From positions 55,614,001-55,678,000 of the forward strand of contig NC_043007.1 of the NCBI RefSeq assembly GCF_006345805.1: DNA of 64,000 nucleotides, given 5' to 3'. The notes beneath the pieces were generated by a model, which did not search any database, was not told the origin of the DNA, and worked only from the letters and a program-made list of their open reading frames with translations. Positions within the stretch are counted from its first letter, which is position 1. Every line of letters starts with the position of its first letter. Shown here one piece after another: positions 25,976 to 38,590 of the stretch. Origin of the DNA: Octopus sinensis. Lineage: Eukaryota. A program made the position numbers and the translations under genes.

Positions 25976-26989
25976 GTGGGAGAGAGAGAAAGAGAGAGAA
26001 TGAGAGTATGGAAGTTTAGTCGTTTAGATCCAAACTACTTATGAAGTAAATTGGTATGAAATAGTTGGTACGTAGAGAGACAGAAGCAGAAGAGTGGTAT
26101 AATAGTGCGATGAGAGAGAGGGAGAGAGGGGAAAGAGAGGGAAAAACAAGTGAGAGGAGCTTGCGTATTTGTGAACTTTAACATGGGAGGGAAGTGAACT
26201 GGAGGGGAGGTATGCTAGGGGTAGTAGGGTCGATGTTAACTGAAATGGTAAGAAGCTGATGAGTGCCAGGTCATGTGAATTAGAAATGCGAATGCAAGAA
26301 GAGTGTCAAACGCCAGTGTGGACTTTTACGTCAAAATGAATATTTATATTTATCACACGCAGACAGACACATTCACACACACATACACACACACATACAC
26401 ACACACATACATATACTCACATACACACGCATATATGTGTGTGTATATGTGTGTATAAATATATATGGAAACAGAAGAAAGAGGTAATCCATATATATAT
26501 ATATATATATATGTTGTCAATTCAAATACAGAAATAGAAAGACGAATAAAAATGAACGTGAGGACGTGCACAAGAAATGTATTAGCTTATCTTATATGTA
26601 TCAGTACATGATTAGGTCTGATATCAAATATGACTATGAATTGTTATGTTGATACAGGAATTAAACAGACGATTCTTTTATCACATTCCACATAATCTAA
26701 TCTGTCTTCTGTATAAAATATAAATATTTCAGAAAAGTACAATCAAATGTAATTTGGACAAATGTCTCTCGTATATAACCACAGCCCAAGGCGGCATTTG
26801 ACATATGTTCCCATACACTGTCGTACATTTTCTTCATATAAAGCACTATCATTCTGTATTCTTTAAATTAGAAACCCTTTTATAAGCTGAGCTATTTCTA
26901 TTGACGCGCTTGAACTTCAATAAAGCTTCCTTCTAAACTAATGTTAACAATTTAATATAAATTACATTAGATGTTATATTCACCAGTTT

Positions 26990-27450
26990 AAGAGAGAAAA
27001 AAGTTTTCTAGCATCGAATGTACCTCCCTGTTGCTCTAATCTACTGGTTAAAGTAATAGAGAGGCCTGGTGTCCCTATAAAATCCCTGATAAGTCCTCCT
27101 GTACGCAGTACAATTGTGTTATATGTAGGATGAACCCACGGGTTAACTGTAAGTTTAAGAATGTAGTGTAGCTTACGACGTACTGAGGGGTGGTGCAAAA
27201 ACATGGCAACTACTTACATTGCAGAGATTGCACGCAGCATAGGAGAGCTTATAGGTGAACATTGGCGAGAGCTCAAAGAAGAGGAAAACTCGTCAGTTCT
27301 CTGCCACCATGCTCGGGCAGAAAATGGAGGTTCGATTAATAGCATAGAAGTTAAAGTATTATCGACGCATAGAACTGACACAACACTTAAACAGATCACA
27401 GAGGCTACACACATAGCAGTAGACAGACCGAGCCTCCATGTATTGATACG
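26990..27450 (+). mobile_element. Penelope-like GIY-YIG fragment, Naiad-like
   Basis: VKVIERPGVPIKSLI, SCTQYNCVIC..NC..KNVV and TY..E.ARS...EH..LCHH..EVKVLSTH..KQITEA. Homologous to 31868..32230. Confidence 0.8.
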
Positions 27451-27559
27451 GACGTCACCAACAGTAAACAACATGCAATGCGAAAATAATCAGTTAAATA
27501 CGCAAACATATTATTTATATGATTATTTGATTGAATGCCACGCAGCAATTTCCAAGTAA

Positions 27560-30500
27560 GTATATATATATCACTTTGTCAGGCGTCCATTTGACACCGC
27601 TGGTCACAGCACGCTGTCCACTCCTCTCTGGATCGCGCCTTTCTGATCCACGTGATCCCAATTGTCCTCTTGAAATCGTCACTCCACCGTCGTGGAGGTC
27701 TTCCGGGTGGTCTTTTCCGCTCACGCGGGTACCACTCGACAACTGCGTGCGTCCACCGATTATCGGTGAGCCGGGCGACGTGTCCAGCCCATCTATACTT
27801 GCTGCGAGTATACTCTGCGATGACATCTCTCACGCCGGACTTCTTTCTGATGATCTTGTTATTTATGTGCTCTCTCAACGAGATACCAAGCATTGACCTT
27901 TCCATGGCTCTTTGAGCCGTTACCAGTCTTTGCTCTTCTCTCTTTGTGGTAGCCCATGTTTCACTACCATATAACATTGCAGGCAGAACTGCACTGTTAA
28001 TGAGGTTGGCGCGGGTGGTCCTGTCCAATCTTCCCTTGAGTACATCCCTTATGCCATTGAACGCCTTCCATCCGGCCCTTACTCTCCGTGAGATCTCCTT
28101 TTTGATATCCCGACACATCTTTACTTCCTGTCCCAGGTAGACATATTCTCTCACCTCCTCTATTTCATCACTGTCGATCACCATTCGACCTGTTGGTACG
28201 TTGTCTGACCGCATGAACTTTGTTTTCATGCGGTTCATCTTGAGACCTACTACAGAACTTTTGATGTCGAGCTCCGTCAGCATGGTCTGAAGCTGATCCA
28301 TGTTTTCAGCAATGAGTACGATGTCGTCAGCGAAACGGAGGTGAGTGAGGAGCTCGCCATTGATGTTGACACCACCTTGCCATTCGATGCCTCTGATGAT
28401 CTGTTCGAGACATGCAGTGAAATGTTTTGGGGAGATTGTATTTCCTTGCGTCACTCCCTTCTCGACCGGCACTCGTATGGGTGATGACAGTAGAGCTATT
28501 TCGGTGGTGCATCCGGAATTTGCCTCTCTGAGCAGCTGCACATATTGCGCTTCGATTCCTTGCCTCTGCAGCGAGTTCAGCACTGCGTTGGTTTCGACGC
28601 TATCGAAGGCCTTCTCATAATCTATAAACGCAACGCAAAGAGGCAGCTTGTACTCATTTGCTCGCTCAAGCAGTTGCGTTAGAGCAAATATATGGTCCAT
28701 TGTGCTGTAGTTCTTCCGGAAGCCTGCTCCCTCGGTTGTTGTTCGTCGAGACGACGTGACAACCTGTTCAGAATTATCTTCGTGAACAGCTTGTACACGT
28801 GAGATAGCAGGCATATGGATCGGTAGTTCTTTAGATCTTCTCTGTCGCCCTTCTTATGCAGCAGGATGGTATTTGACTCTTTCCACTGCGAGGGAATTCT
28901 TCCCTCGTCTAGATAGTGCGTAAATCGTTCAGCGAGGATTTTCCGGAGCTGCTCTCTGCCTGACTTTAGCACCTCCGATGTTATACCGTCTTACCCTGGA
29001 GCCTTTCCGTTTTTCATCAAGCCGATGGCTCTTTCAACCTCACTGACAAGGATAGGTGGCACGTTTTCTTCCTGTTGGAGTGGTGGTAACGGCTGGACAT
29101 TTCTGGTAGACTTAAAGAGCTTGGTGTAGAAGTCTTCACAAACTTTTTCCATCTCGCTCTTCTCGTTGACCGGTATTCCATCTGTATTTTTCAGGGCCGT
29201 CACCTCCGATCTATATAGTACCATGTCCCTCTTGCATTTCTTGAGGCTCTTCTTTTTCTCTGCGGCCTTCAAGAGCTTCTCCATCCGGTATGCCTCAAAG
29301 TCTTTCTTTAGTTGCTGACGATTCACTCTGCTGAGAATGGAATATTCAAGGTGATCTTCAATAGTCCTCTTCATATTTTTCCTCTTCTCGAGTAACTTCG
29401 TAGTTTCTCCCGAGATTCTTCCCTTCTTTTCTCTTGGGCATACACCCTTAGCCTTCATTAAACACTCCTTCAGTTTCCCTATCAGTGAGTTGTAGTCATC
29501 GTCTATGTCGTCTCCTTGGCACCAGTCTTCCTGCATGATGGCTTCCTGCAGCTTTGCCTCGTTGTAGACACGGACACGTTTTCCCTTCGACGCCAAATAC
29601 AACGCCATCTTCTCCCTCTTCTCGTCGATAACGACCCTCGCCCTTACCAGACGATGATCGCTGCCGGTGTTGAATGGCGTCACGACGGAGACGTCATGCA
29701 ATATGCGTCGCTTATCAACCAGGATGTAGTCGATCTCGCTTCGGTGCTTAGAGTTCGGCGATATCCAAGTCCATCTCTTCCTCTCCCTCTTCCTGAATAG
29801 GCTGTTTCCGATGTAGAGCTGCCTCGCCTCTGCCATGGTAGCCAAACGTTCTCCTCTCTCGTTTCTCTCTCCCATGCCAAATCTCCCGACGTACTCCTCT
29901 CCTTGTCGTCCATGTCCAACCTTTGCGTTGAAGTCTCCCATCACGACAGTGTAAGTAGACTTCATAGCCAACCCTTTGTCTAGTTGTCGATAGAATTCTT
30001 CCACCTCGTTGTTGTCGCTGGCACTTGTGGGAGCATAGGTCTGGACAATCTTGAGGGTGGCCTTCCCTGAGAGGTTCACATTTAGTACACCAATCCGTGA
30101 TGATATGAAGTGGCAAGAAGCGACCCTCGAAGCCCATTCCTTACTTACGATGAATCCGATACCTCCGACCGATCTAGCACCTTCTGCTCTTCCTAATCTC
30201 ACAATGCATCCATCTTGCCATCGTATACTCGCTTCCTTCTTCCAGCGTGTCTCGCACAGCCCTAACACGTAGCACCTGATCTTCTTCCTCTCCTCCATTA
30301 GGTGGTTCAGTTCATGCCACCCTGTCATAGGCCTGCAGTTGTAGGTGCATATGGCAACTTTAGTCCTGTTCCATGACGGCTTTCGGGAACCTGTGATTCT
30401 TAGCAGCCTCTCGTCGCTCGAGTTGCACTCCGCCGTCATGGAGTGGCCCGATTGACGTGCAGGGTACTGAGGCCCTTTTCCTTTTCTCTTCGTTCTTCGT

Positions 30501-30755
30501 GCTGTTTTAGCCATAAGATGACGCCATCCCACTGGCTGGGCGGGCAGGCCGGTATTTTGTTGGATGGCCGTTGACTCTTCAGGAGTTCATCCGCCCTTTG
30601 TTGGGTCTTATTTTTCCATCCCACAGGGAGTCCAACAGCACCCTCCTCACCAAGCGAACCTGGTGGGGTTGTCAGTTTAGTCGCCGACGTCCCGACCATG
30701 CAACAGGTTGTACTGGATTACATGTTACCAGTAGCACTCTAGAGCGACCTGACAT
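27560..30755 (-). mobile_element. Near full-length RTE-clade LINE (APE + RT), frameshifted
   Basis: ORF 28991..30532 APE (TYNCR, LCETR, YAPT, GDFNAKVG, IDYI, SDHRLV). ORFs 28679..28972 and 27579..28814 RT (GFR..STMDHI, DYEKAFDS, QGNTISP, RFADD, GRPPRRWSD). Confidence 0.95.
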
Positions 30756-31031
30756 AAATAAATAAATAAATATATATATATATAAGATCTAATGTATGCT
30801 TATATTTATATTTACTTGTATTTATATTCTTTTTTATATATATTCTAATTATTATACAACATTACTCTTTTATGTACACTTTTTTATGTACATTCCTTTA
30901 TGTACACTGATTTGTTCTGCTTTTTATATTTAACCCTACAGTCTCTTATGTGGTGGTTTTATAAAGTATGTGATTGAGTATTATCTGGTAATTGATATTT
31001 AATTTAGATGTATTTCTCCATTTTCTTATCT

Positions 31032-31083
<52 letters not shown>

Positions 31084-31117
31084 AACAGTCAAAATCCCCA
31101 CGTATTTGCATGCATGC

Positions 31118-31177
<60 letters not shown>

Positions 31178-31181
<4 letters not shown>

Positions 31182-31673
31182 ATATTTCGAAATGGTCATT
31201 TTGCCAGTTTAGCCAATAAAAACACACGCACTATATATTTGGTGTTATTTTGCTTCAGTGTTATTTATTTTTTTACATTAATCTTAATCTTATTTTGGCC
31301 AGAGTTCTTTCGTCACACTCCTGTGACCGCATCAGTGGTCCGTTGTTTTCTTCTTTCTTATTTGTGTCTCTCCTTAATTTTATTTAATTTGCCACAAGGG
31401 CAGTATTTTGTGTCTCTCCTTACTAACCGTCAGCCATTTCGTATTTCTATTGTATGTCTTCATTTGCGTATGCTTATATCTCTATGTGCGTCTATGTTTA
31501 GTTAGTGTGTGGGGATGCCTGTAATATTTGTATCTTCTGTTTATATACGTTCGTGTAATTTGTTTTTGTTGTTGTTGTTTTTGTTTATTCTTATTTTGTT
31601 CATGTGTTTACATCCATTTATTATTATTATCATTACGTATGCTTGTATGTATGTATGTATAACAACAATACTA

Positions 31674-31733
<60 letters not shown>

Positions 31734-32500
31734 CAAAAAATCTTTTAAATTAAACAAAAAAAACTTATATAGTTATTTATTTCTATTTGTTTATTTATCT
31801 GTGTATTTTATTTATTATGTTTTCGGTTTTGTTTATATTGTAACCAGTTTATGGGGATCCTCTACTGTCATATGTTGTGGTGGGTGCTAGTGTTCCATTC
31901 CAGTTTCCTATTCAGGCTAGGTTTATCTTCTATTGTGTGTGTAGCTTCTGTAATTTGTCTGATTGTTGCATCTGTTCTATGTGTGGACAAGATTTTAACT
32001 TCTATGTTGTTGATTGATCCCCCGTGTTCCTGTTCGGCGTGTTGGTACAGAATCGATGAGCTTTTACCTTCCTTAAGTTCTCTCCAATGGTCATTTACCC
32101 GCACTCCTATGCTTCGTGCCGTTTCCCCTACGTATGTCGTTGTCTTGTTACTGCATCGTCCCTCTATACATCTTATACTATAGACTACATTTCTGGCTTT
32201 ACAGTTTGTTTGTGGGCTAAATCTACACACAGTACAGTACCTATCCGTACAGGAGGTTCTACTAAAAGGTTAGGTTCTACCGATTATGGATTTGATAGGG
32301 TTGCCTGGCTTTTCAACAACCTAATCCTTAGCTTAAGTTTGTCTAGGGTCCTTCTAAAGCGGTACGCCAGTTCACCTCCAGGGGTGGTGTCAACGAACAT
32401 GACACTCTGGTATTTATGGCTATCATACCAAGTGTTGGCCTTCCCTATTTTCTTCTTTGTCCTTTCTATAGTGTTCCATATATATATATGCCGTAGTCTC
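31178..32500 (-). mobile_element. Penelope-like element 3' part (Naiad-like GIY-YIG + 3' region)
   Basis: WYDSHKYQSVMFVDTTPGGEL, VEKPGNPIKS, C..C..C..C, YVGETARS..RVNDH and RQITEA..LNRKLEW. The 3' region ends at (TA)n 31177. Confidence 0.85.
31297..31341 (-). ncRNA. Minimal hammerhead-like motif (variant core)
   Basis: ggacca-CTGATGCG-gtcac-aggagt-gtgac-GAAA-gaac-TC-tggcc. Stem II is perfect; the core has A>C; sense to the adjacent GIY-YIG. Confidence 0.55.
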
Positions 32501-32629
32501 CTTTAGAAAGACTTAGAAATTTTAATAATTCTATTTTTGAAAACCAGTGAATTTAGGTAAATAATTGAATTTAGGTAAATAATCCTTCGAACATACGGTT
32601 AGTAGCGACGCCAGTTGGGTTTGGCTGCT

Positions 32630-32670
32630 CCGCATTGATAAGGGGCAAATACCCTGAAACTAGTCTGCAG
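32630..32670 (+). ncRNA. Degenerate minimal hammerhead
   Basis: ccgca-TTGATAA-gggg-caaata-ccct-GAAACTAGTC-tgcag. Palindromic stem III ACTAGT and GTC site; two core substitutions. Confidence 0.5.
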
Positions 32671-32829
32671 ATGCCTGACCATCAAAGGGAAGCGGCTGAC
32701 CTCCCCTGTTCGAACATTATAATGGACACAGGTTCGTGCGTCACATAGCTAGCTGGAGGCGATGGCCTCTTGAGTTATTCAACGGCAGCATTCGTCCTAT
32801 ATTTCTGGACTGCCATATTAGCTTGGCGA

Positions 32830-32896
<67 letters not shown>

Positions 32897-33051
32897 GCAT
32901 GCATATACGTGGGAATTTTGACTGTTGGTGCTTTCGGAGTAACGGAGCAAGAGACGGGTAGACAAAGTTTGCTCAGAAATAGAAGGGAGAGGTAATTTTC
33001 CTTAAGGTGAGAGAACTGCTCAGTATTTATAATATTTATTATTATTATTAA

Positions 33052-33102
<51 letters not shown>

Positions 33103-34879
33103 CACACATACGTGTATGTATATATGTATTATACACACAATTATATATATATATAATTCATCTTGTATATGTATATATATATATATTTATATATGAATGC
33201 TTTTACAAGTATATATGCATGTATATAGTTGGAATTTCATACAAAAATATCCTCAATATAGAAAATAATTTATATATGCTTTGACTTGATTAAACAATGT
33301 CAAATGATGTAAAATGACCTCCCTTGGAATGTGAGCTCTTCAACTAAATTTTAACCTCTTATAATTGCATTGAAGAATCACTTTTAATCTGAGGTAATTG
33401 GAAAGATAAAGCATAATTAGAGGCTGTTAATTATTCAGCAGGAAAGAGGAAGTTATAAAACTGTGACCTTTGATAGCGCAACTTTCGGCATTTAAGAAGC
33501 TAAAACTAATTATATAACTGTTATTGAGATTAAGTGAAGCAGTGTTAGCTTGAGGAGTGTAAACTTCCTACTGGCCAGCCAAAATAAACTGTGAAAATAT
33601 CGAAGCAAATTAAGTCGTGGGCAACGGATTGTTCAACTGAGCAAAGGGACTGCGGTTGTTTTTCCTTGTTTTATACGTCTGATAGCCTCTAATTTACAGC
33701 ACGCCGCCATAATTAGCTTCTATTTTATGGTCTGAAAGTAACACTTTGAACAAGACCCAATCAGTCAAATTAATGTTCGATAAAAGAGAAGGGGAGAGCG
33801 TGTGTGTGAGTGGAGAAGAGGCAGACAAACCGAAGAAAGAGAAAGAACGAAAGACAGAGAAGCAGTAGAAATATAAATAGATTGACAGAGTGAGAAAAAG
33901 ATAGAGAGAGGGAGAGTTAACGAGATATGTAATATGGATACAAATCAATAAACGAATAAACCTACTGAACTGAACTCATGAAATCAAAGTTCAAATTTGT
34001 TTGGAACAATTCTGACAACTGCTACAATTACTGCTGCTACTGCTATTGATGGTGATGATGATGAGGATGATGATGATGAAACAAGGTAGGCTGTATACCA
34101 TTTGCTTCAGTGTAAAATACCTTCTGGGTATTCTCTGTATTTGAAGATTTATAAATCAGTCTTTTATAATATAACAAAATAAGATATCCAAAAATATATA
34201 TATATATATTTATGGGCTTATCGGTGGTGGAACTGGTCGAAATATATTAGCATTCAAACTGCTTCGTAAAGTTAATTTACGACTCCTTATGCTGTGAGTT
34301 CGAATTCCGCTGAGGTGCGGTCGTGTATTCTCGGCTCGATAAAAATATTGTCTCATATTTTCGTAAAGCCACTCATTAAACTACATCATTGTATTCATTT
34401 ATATCAGAATACAAATCAGACAAAACTGTAAATACAGACAAGAAATTTTGTTCGCAGTTAACAGTATACCTTTTCTTATGGTGATTACCAAAATTCTGAA
34501 TGAAAATTTATCTTCGACATCTACCTTCCCATAATATTTTAACTAACATTTTACAATAATTACTAGCTGGTCCCGTGCCGTCAAAATTGACAGCTAATTG
34601 TAGTGTTTTATATATAAATAAGGTGCAAAACCAAGTTTTTAGTTTAATAATTCTTTTATTACCAAATGTTTTGCGAAAAACCCATCCGCAACTGCATCTC
34701 TTGACTGCTTGTTTCCTTCAAAAGAATGTTTAAGTTGTCCTTCCTTCTTGTACGATTTAAGGCTACATAAAGCTGACCGTGACTAAATACGGGAGCTGAC
34801 AAGTAAATACCAAATATACAGAGTTGAAACGCTGTTTGATTTTTCTTTTCAGCGTTGAATGTTCATTCCACTTCCATTG

Positions 34880-34910
<31 letters not shown>

Positions 34911-35587
34911 ACACACGCACACACTCACACAGAGTTGAAACGCTACTGGATTTTTTCACCGTAAAATTTCCATCATCCTACTACCAGTTTGCCACCATCC
35001 CTTCCTTCCTTATTCATCTATCACCCCTTCCTTTCTCATTCATATTTATTGTGGCGGAGAAAAACACAAGAGCATTATTATAGAAGATATTATATAAAAC
35101 AATAAAACAATCATAACATACCATAGACAATAGAAATAATCCATTAGACAAACACAGTCTTCTGAAAAAACACTAAAAAAATAAATAAATGTAATACTGT
35201 TCTTCAACTTCCTCCAACTGTCATAACTTTAACTTTCAACGTAATAATTTTTTGCGATACATTTTTAAATAATTGTGAAAATGGGATAATATGACCAACC
35301 TTACTTGGTTTAAGTAAAAACAATCTGAAAGTAATACGCGTAAAGCAAATATGCTCGTTGGTTTTAAAAACCGAAATTAATGGTAATAAATTTAAAACTT
35401 ATCCCCTAATTAACCCAGTATTCTATGGTGTAGATAAATACGTTTGAGAAGCAGACAATATACTCCTTATCTCTATATGAGAATTTAACCAACCAATTCG
35501 AAAGGCCGGTGTCTGTTATATTTCTTTGTAGATGTTTGGAGATGTTTATAAGTGAAAACATTCCAAAGGAACGAATTTTCTTTTTAA

Positions 35588-35773
35588 TTGTTTCTGTCAT
35601 TTGACTGCAGCCATGCTGGAGCACTGCATTTTTAGTCAAACAAATCAACTCCAGGACTTATATTTTTAAAGCCTAATATTTATTGTATCATTTTTTTGTC
35701 GAACCGCTAAGTTACAGAGATACAAACACAACAACACCGGTTTTCAAGCGTTGATGGAGGGGGCAAACACAAA

Positions 35774-35819
<46 letters not shown>

Positions 35820-35983
35820 CAATGGTCTTCTTTCAATTTCCATCTACCAAATCCACTCACAAAGCTTTGACCGGCCCGAGACTATAGCAGAAGACACTTG
35901 CCCAAGATGTCATGTAGTGGGACTGAACTCGGAACCATGTGGTTGGGAAGCAAGCTTCTTAACACACAGTCACGCCTGTGCCT
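35588..35983 (-). mobile_element. tRNA-derived SINE
   Basis: Colinear reverse-complement match to 55866-56270, including the central (CA)/(TA) tract. Confidence 0.88.
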
Positions 35984-36474
35984 AGTTATAGAATTTTCTG
36001 TTCTATAAAATTATAAAACAAAATTATAGGGTTATATAATGTGTGTGTATGCGCGTGTGTGTTTGTGAAGGCGCGAGAACCTGTATTTGAGGACCTGGGC
36101 TTAGGATCATAATTTCGTGGGTTCCACTGATGGCCCTGGCGGTGCAATTTGTCCTTGAACAAATCACATCATTTCACTTTACTTTGAAAATGAATACCAA
36201 TCGACTTTCAGTTGTCATATCCTCCATGTTCCATTAGATCAAGATTTGCATGGCCGGGAAGGTGTACTTGCCTGCTTGCGACCACATAAGTACCGGAAAG
36301 AACAGGCGTAAGCGTGATTCTGTTTTACGCTTTTTGGTCATACTCACGAATGACGGCTGAAGGTATCGGTTGTCGCCCGAGCACAGAAGTCAAGCAACAT
36401 GAAGCCCTGTGACTACTTAAATCGGTAAATGCTTGGGAAATCTAGGTGGTGGAAGCACCTAGAATTTATATGCG

Positions 36475-36630
36475 CAGGCGTAGCTGTATAGTAAGAAGTT
36501 TGCTTGTCAATCACATGATAACGGCTTCAGTTCCATTGTGTGGCACTTTGGGTAAGTGTATTCTACTATAACCTCAGGTCGTCCAAAGCCTTGTGAACTG
36601 ACTTGGTAGATGGAAACTGAAAGAAGTCTC
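36475..36630 (+). mobile_element. SINE 5' half (old)
   Basis: gcgtagctgtatagtaagaag...ttcagttcca..gtggcactttgggtaagtg...ttggtagatggaaactgaaagaag. Confidence 0.75.
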
Positions 36631-36646
36631 TTTCTCTCTCTGTGTC

Positions 36647-36691
<45 letters not shown>

Positions 36692-37139
36692 ATTGTGGCT
36701 ATAAGTACATGGTCGAGAAGCAAATTCGCTTGTATTTGCATATTTTTATATATTGGCAAATGCTCATCTGTATACGTAGTTGTTTATATATGTACGTGTA
36801 CGTATGTGTGTTTGTATGTCTATGTTGTTTCACTGCTATTTTCTCCCCCCCTTCCCTCAACTCATTGCATATCTGTTGGGCTCCTTTTTTCTTTCTCTTG
36901 ATTCTGAATCTTGTATTTCTGTCACCTCTTGTCTCTTCGTCCCTCATCTTTTATACATTGTGTTTTTTTCTAGTTCTAATGATATTTATTCTTGAGCACC
37001 ACTGGACGTTTCATTTCTCTCCGATGAAGAGTTTTACCCAAAATGTTGAATTTCTCCTGCCAAAAATTTATCTCACCGTTTACTAACTCAAACATTTACG
37101 TGTAACACCCTAGTATATTGAACGAGATGAAGTATTCAT

Positions 37140-37440
37140 ATAAAGGTCTGGCTTCGGTGGGCCTTTGATCAATTTATCTAAATCATTCGACTTGGTTGAT
37201 CATTATTACCTAGTAATTATTCAACACCAGACCATTTCCGGTCCTATTTTTAAGATTTCGGTTGCGGCATTATATAATCACAAATGGCTGGTGTTTTGGG
37301 TTAATTACAATCACTCAGAACCAGTGAATTTATCAACTGTGTCCTTACTCACTGCTTATGTACACTTTAGTTCTTGGATATTTTCTGTGGACGTCTAATT
37401 TTGTTGCTGTCTGCATATCCTCGGAAAATATCACTAACAG
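37140..37440 (+). pseudogene. Old Tx1-like RT fragment
   Basis: ALINLSKSFDLVDHYYL..GPIF..VAALY..VN..HSEP and CPYSLLMY align with ALINLDQSKAFDRVDHRYL..GPVF..IAALY..VNGHLSEP..CPLSALLY at 53340-53580. Confidence 0.7.
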
Positions 37441-38280
37441 ATTGCTATAGTTCACACAGGCGTAAACATATATTAGTTTCTGTACTTCCTCTGCTAGAAT
37501 CCAAATATGAACTGATCAGTCGGTGGCGAAGAATGTCTACATTTCTTTGGTGATGTTTTGGTGATGTCAATGATTTACTCGAAAGAGTATCTGATCAAGT
37601 TCCAAAATTTGCAGTTTTTTTTCTTGTGAAATAAGTTTCTTTTTTTCATGATATTTACTGAAGGTAATATTACAGGACATTGTTGGAGATATACAAGCCA
37701 AGAATGGAGAGTTGTATGAATACTCTGACTGAAAATAAATGTAGACATGAATTACAGCATTTCCATTGATTACTGGATGTCGTCCTTCTTCAAACACGTT
37801 TTTTTTATTGATTGTCTATTTGACTTAACTACAACCCTTGTACAGACACTTCACATATAAGCAGTGTTCATTTAGATATATATTGGCTTTTGTTATAAAG
37901 AGATTGCTCGAGGAAAGAAATAAACGCAGAAGAATTTTGATGTGAATGAGAAAAATGCTGATCGGCATTTTTTATAGATGTCTTTCATAAAGACTTTAGA
38001 TAACTTTGTAGACTATTAATTATATATATATATATATATATATAGTAAATTCCCCCAAAGGAAAAAAACAAACAAACAAAAATCAACAATGCACGTACGT
38101 GATACATGTAAAGTATTAGCAGAGGCTCAGCGAAGGAAATAAAGATGGCTTAACATTTCGAGCAACACTCTCCTTCAGTAACAGAAGAATGTCCAATAGA
38201 AAGGCAGACGGAGGGGAAAAAATCGCCAACGACTGACATGTGGTTACATTTTGAAATGTATATATATATTTGGTCATTTT

Positions 38281-38590
38281 CCTTTTATCCCAGTGCCTGA
38301 AGCTCAATGCTAGATTCAACAATCACACCTTGAACTTCAGGCACTGGGATAAAAGGTATACGATCAAATTATCCAGTCATATATGGTTCTTAAAAGATAA
38401 AGGTGTCAGTTACAACATCCATTGGAAGATCTTAGCAAAGTGTAAGCCCTACACTAACGGCAGTGGAAAGTGCAGTCTTTGTGGTATGGAAAGATGGCTC
38501 ATCTGGAAAAGCAGCTTAGACCCCCACCACATGTCTGAATTCAAGAACTGAACTTTTTGGTTCATGTCCATATGTGGCTAAATATTTGTT
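38281..38590 (+). mobile_element. PLE GIY-YIG C-terminal fragment with 5' fold-back
   Basis: ARFNNH..F..KLSSHIW.LKDKG..YNI.WKIL.K.KPY..GSGKC.LC..E. A 27-bp inverted repeat lies at 38281-38307/38330-38356. Confidence 0.85.

Noticed and set aside
26256-26300. CTGATGA...GAAA near 26256
   Set aside because: No paired stem II or stem I could be formed.
27100-27200. Selenocysteine UGA in the Naiad-like fragment
   Set aside because: The TGA near 27182 is out of the homologous frame, and the aligned Cys position reads CGT. No SECIS was seen.
30660-30755. HDV-like ribozyme at the RTE 5' end
   Set aside because: A partial P1/P3 could be drawn, but P1.1 and P2 did not fit. Kept only as a structured-end finding.
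34562-34945. Helitron/Helentron-like start (actagc + gtcaa/ttgac hairpin)
   Set aside because: No matching 3' terminus or second copy found in the window.
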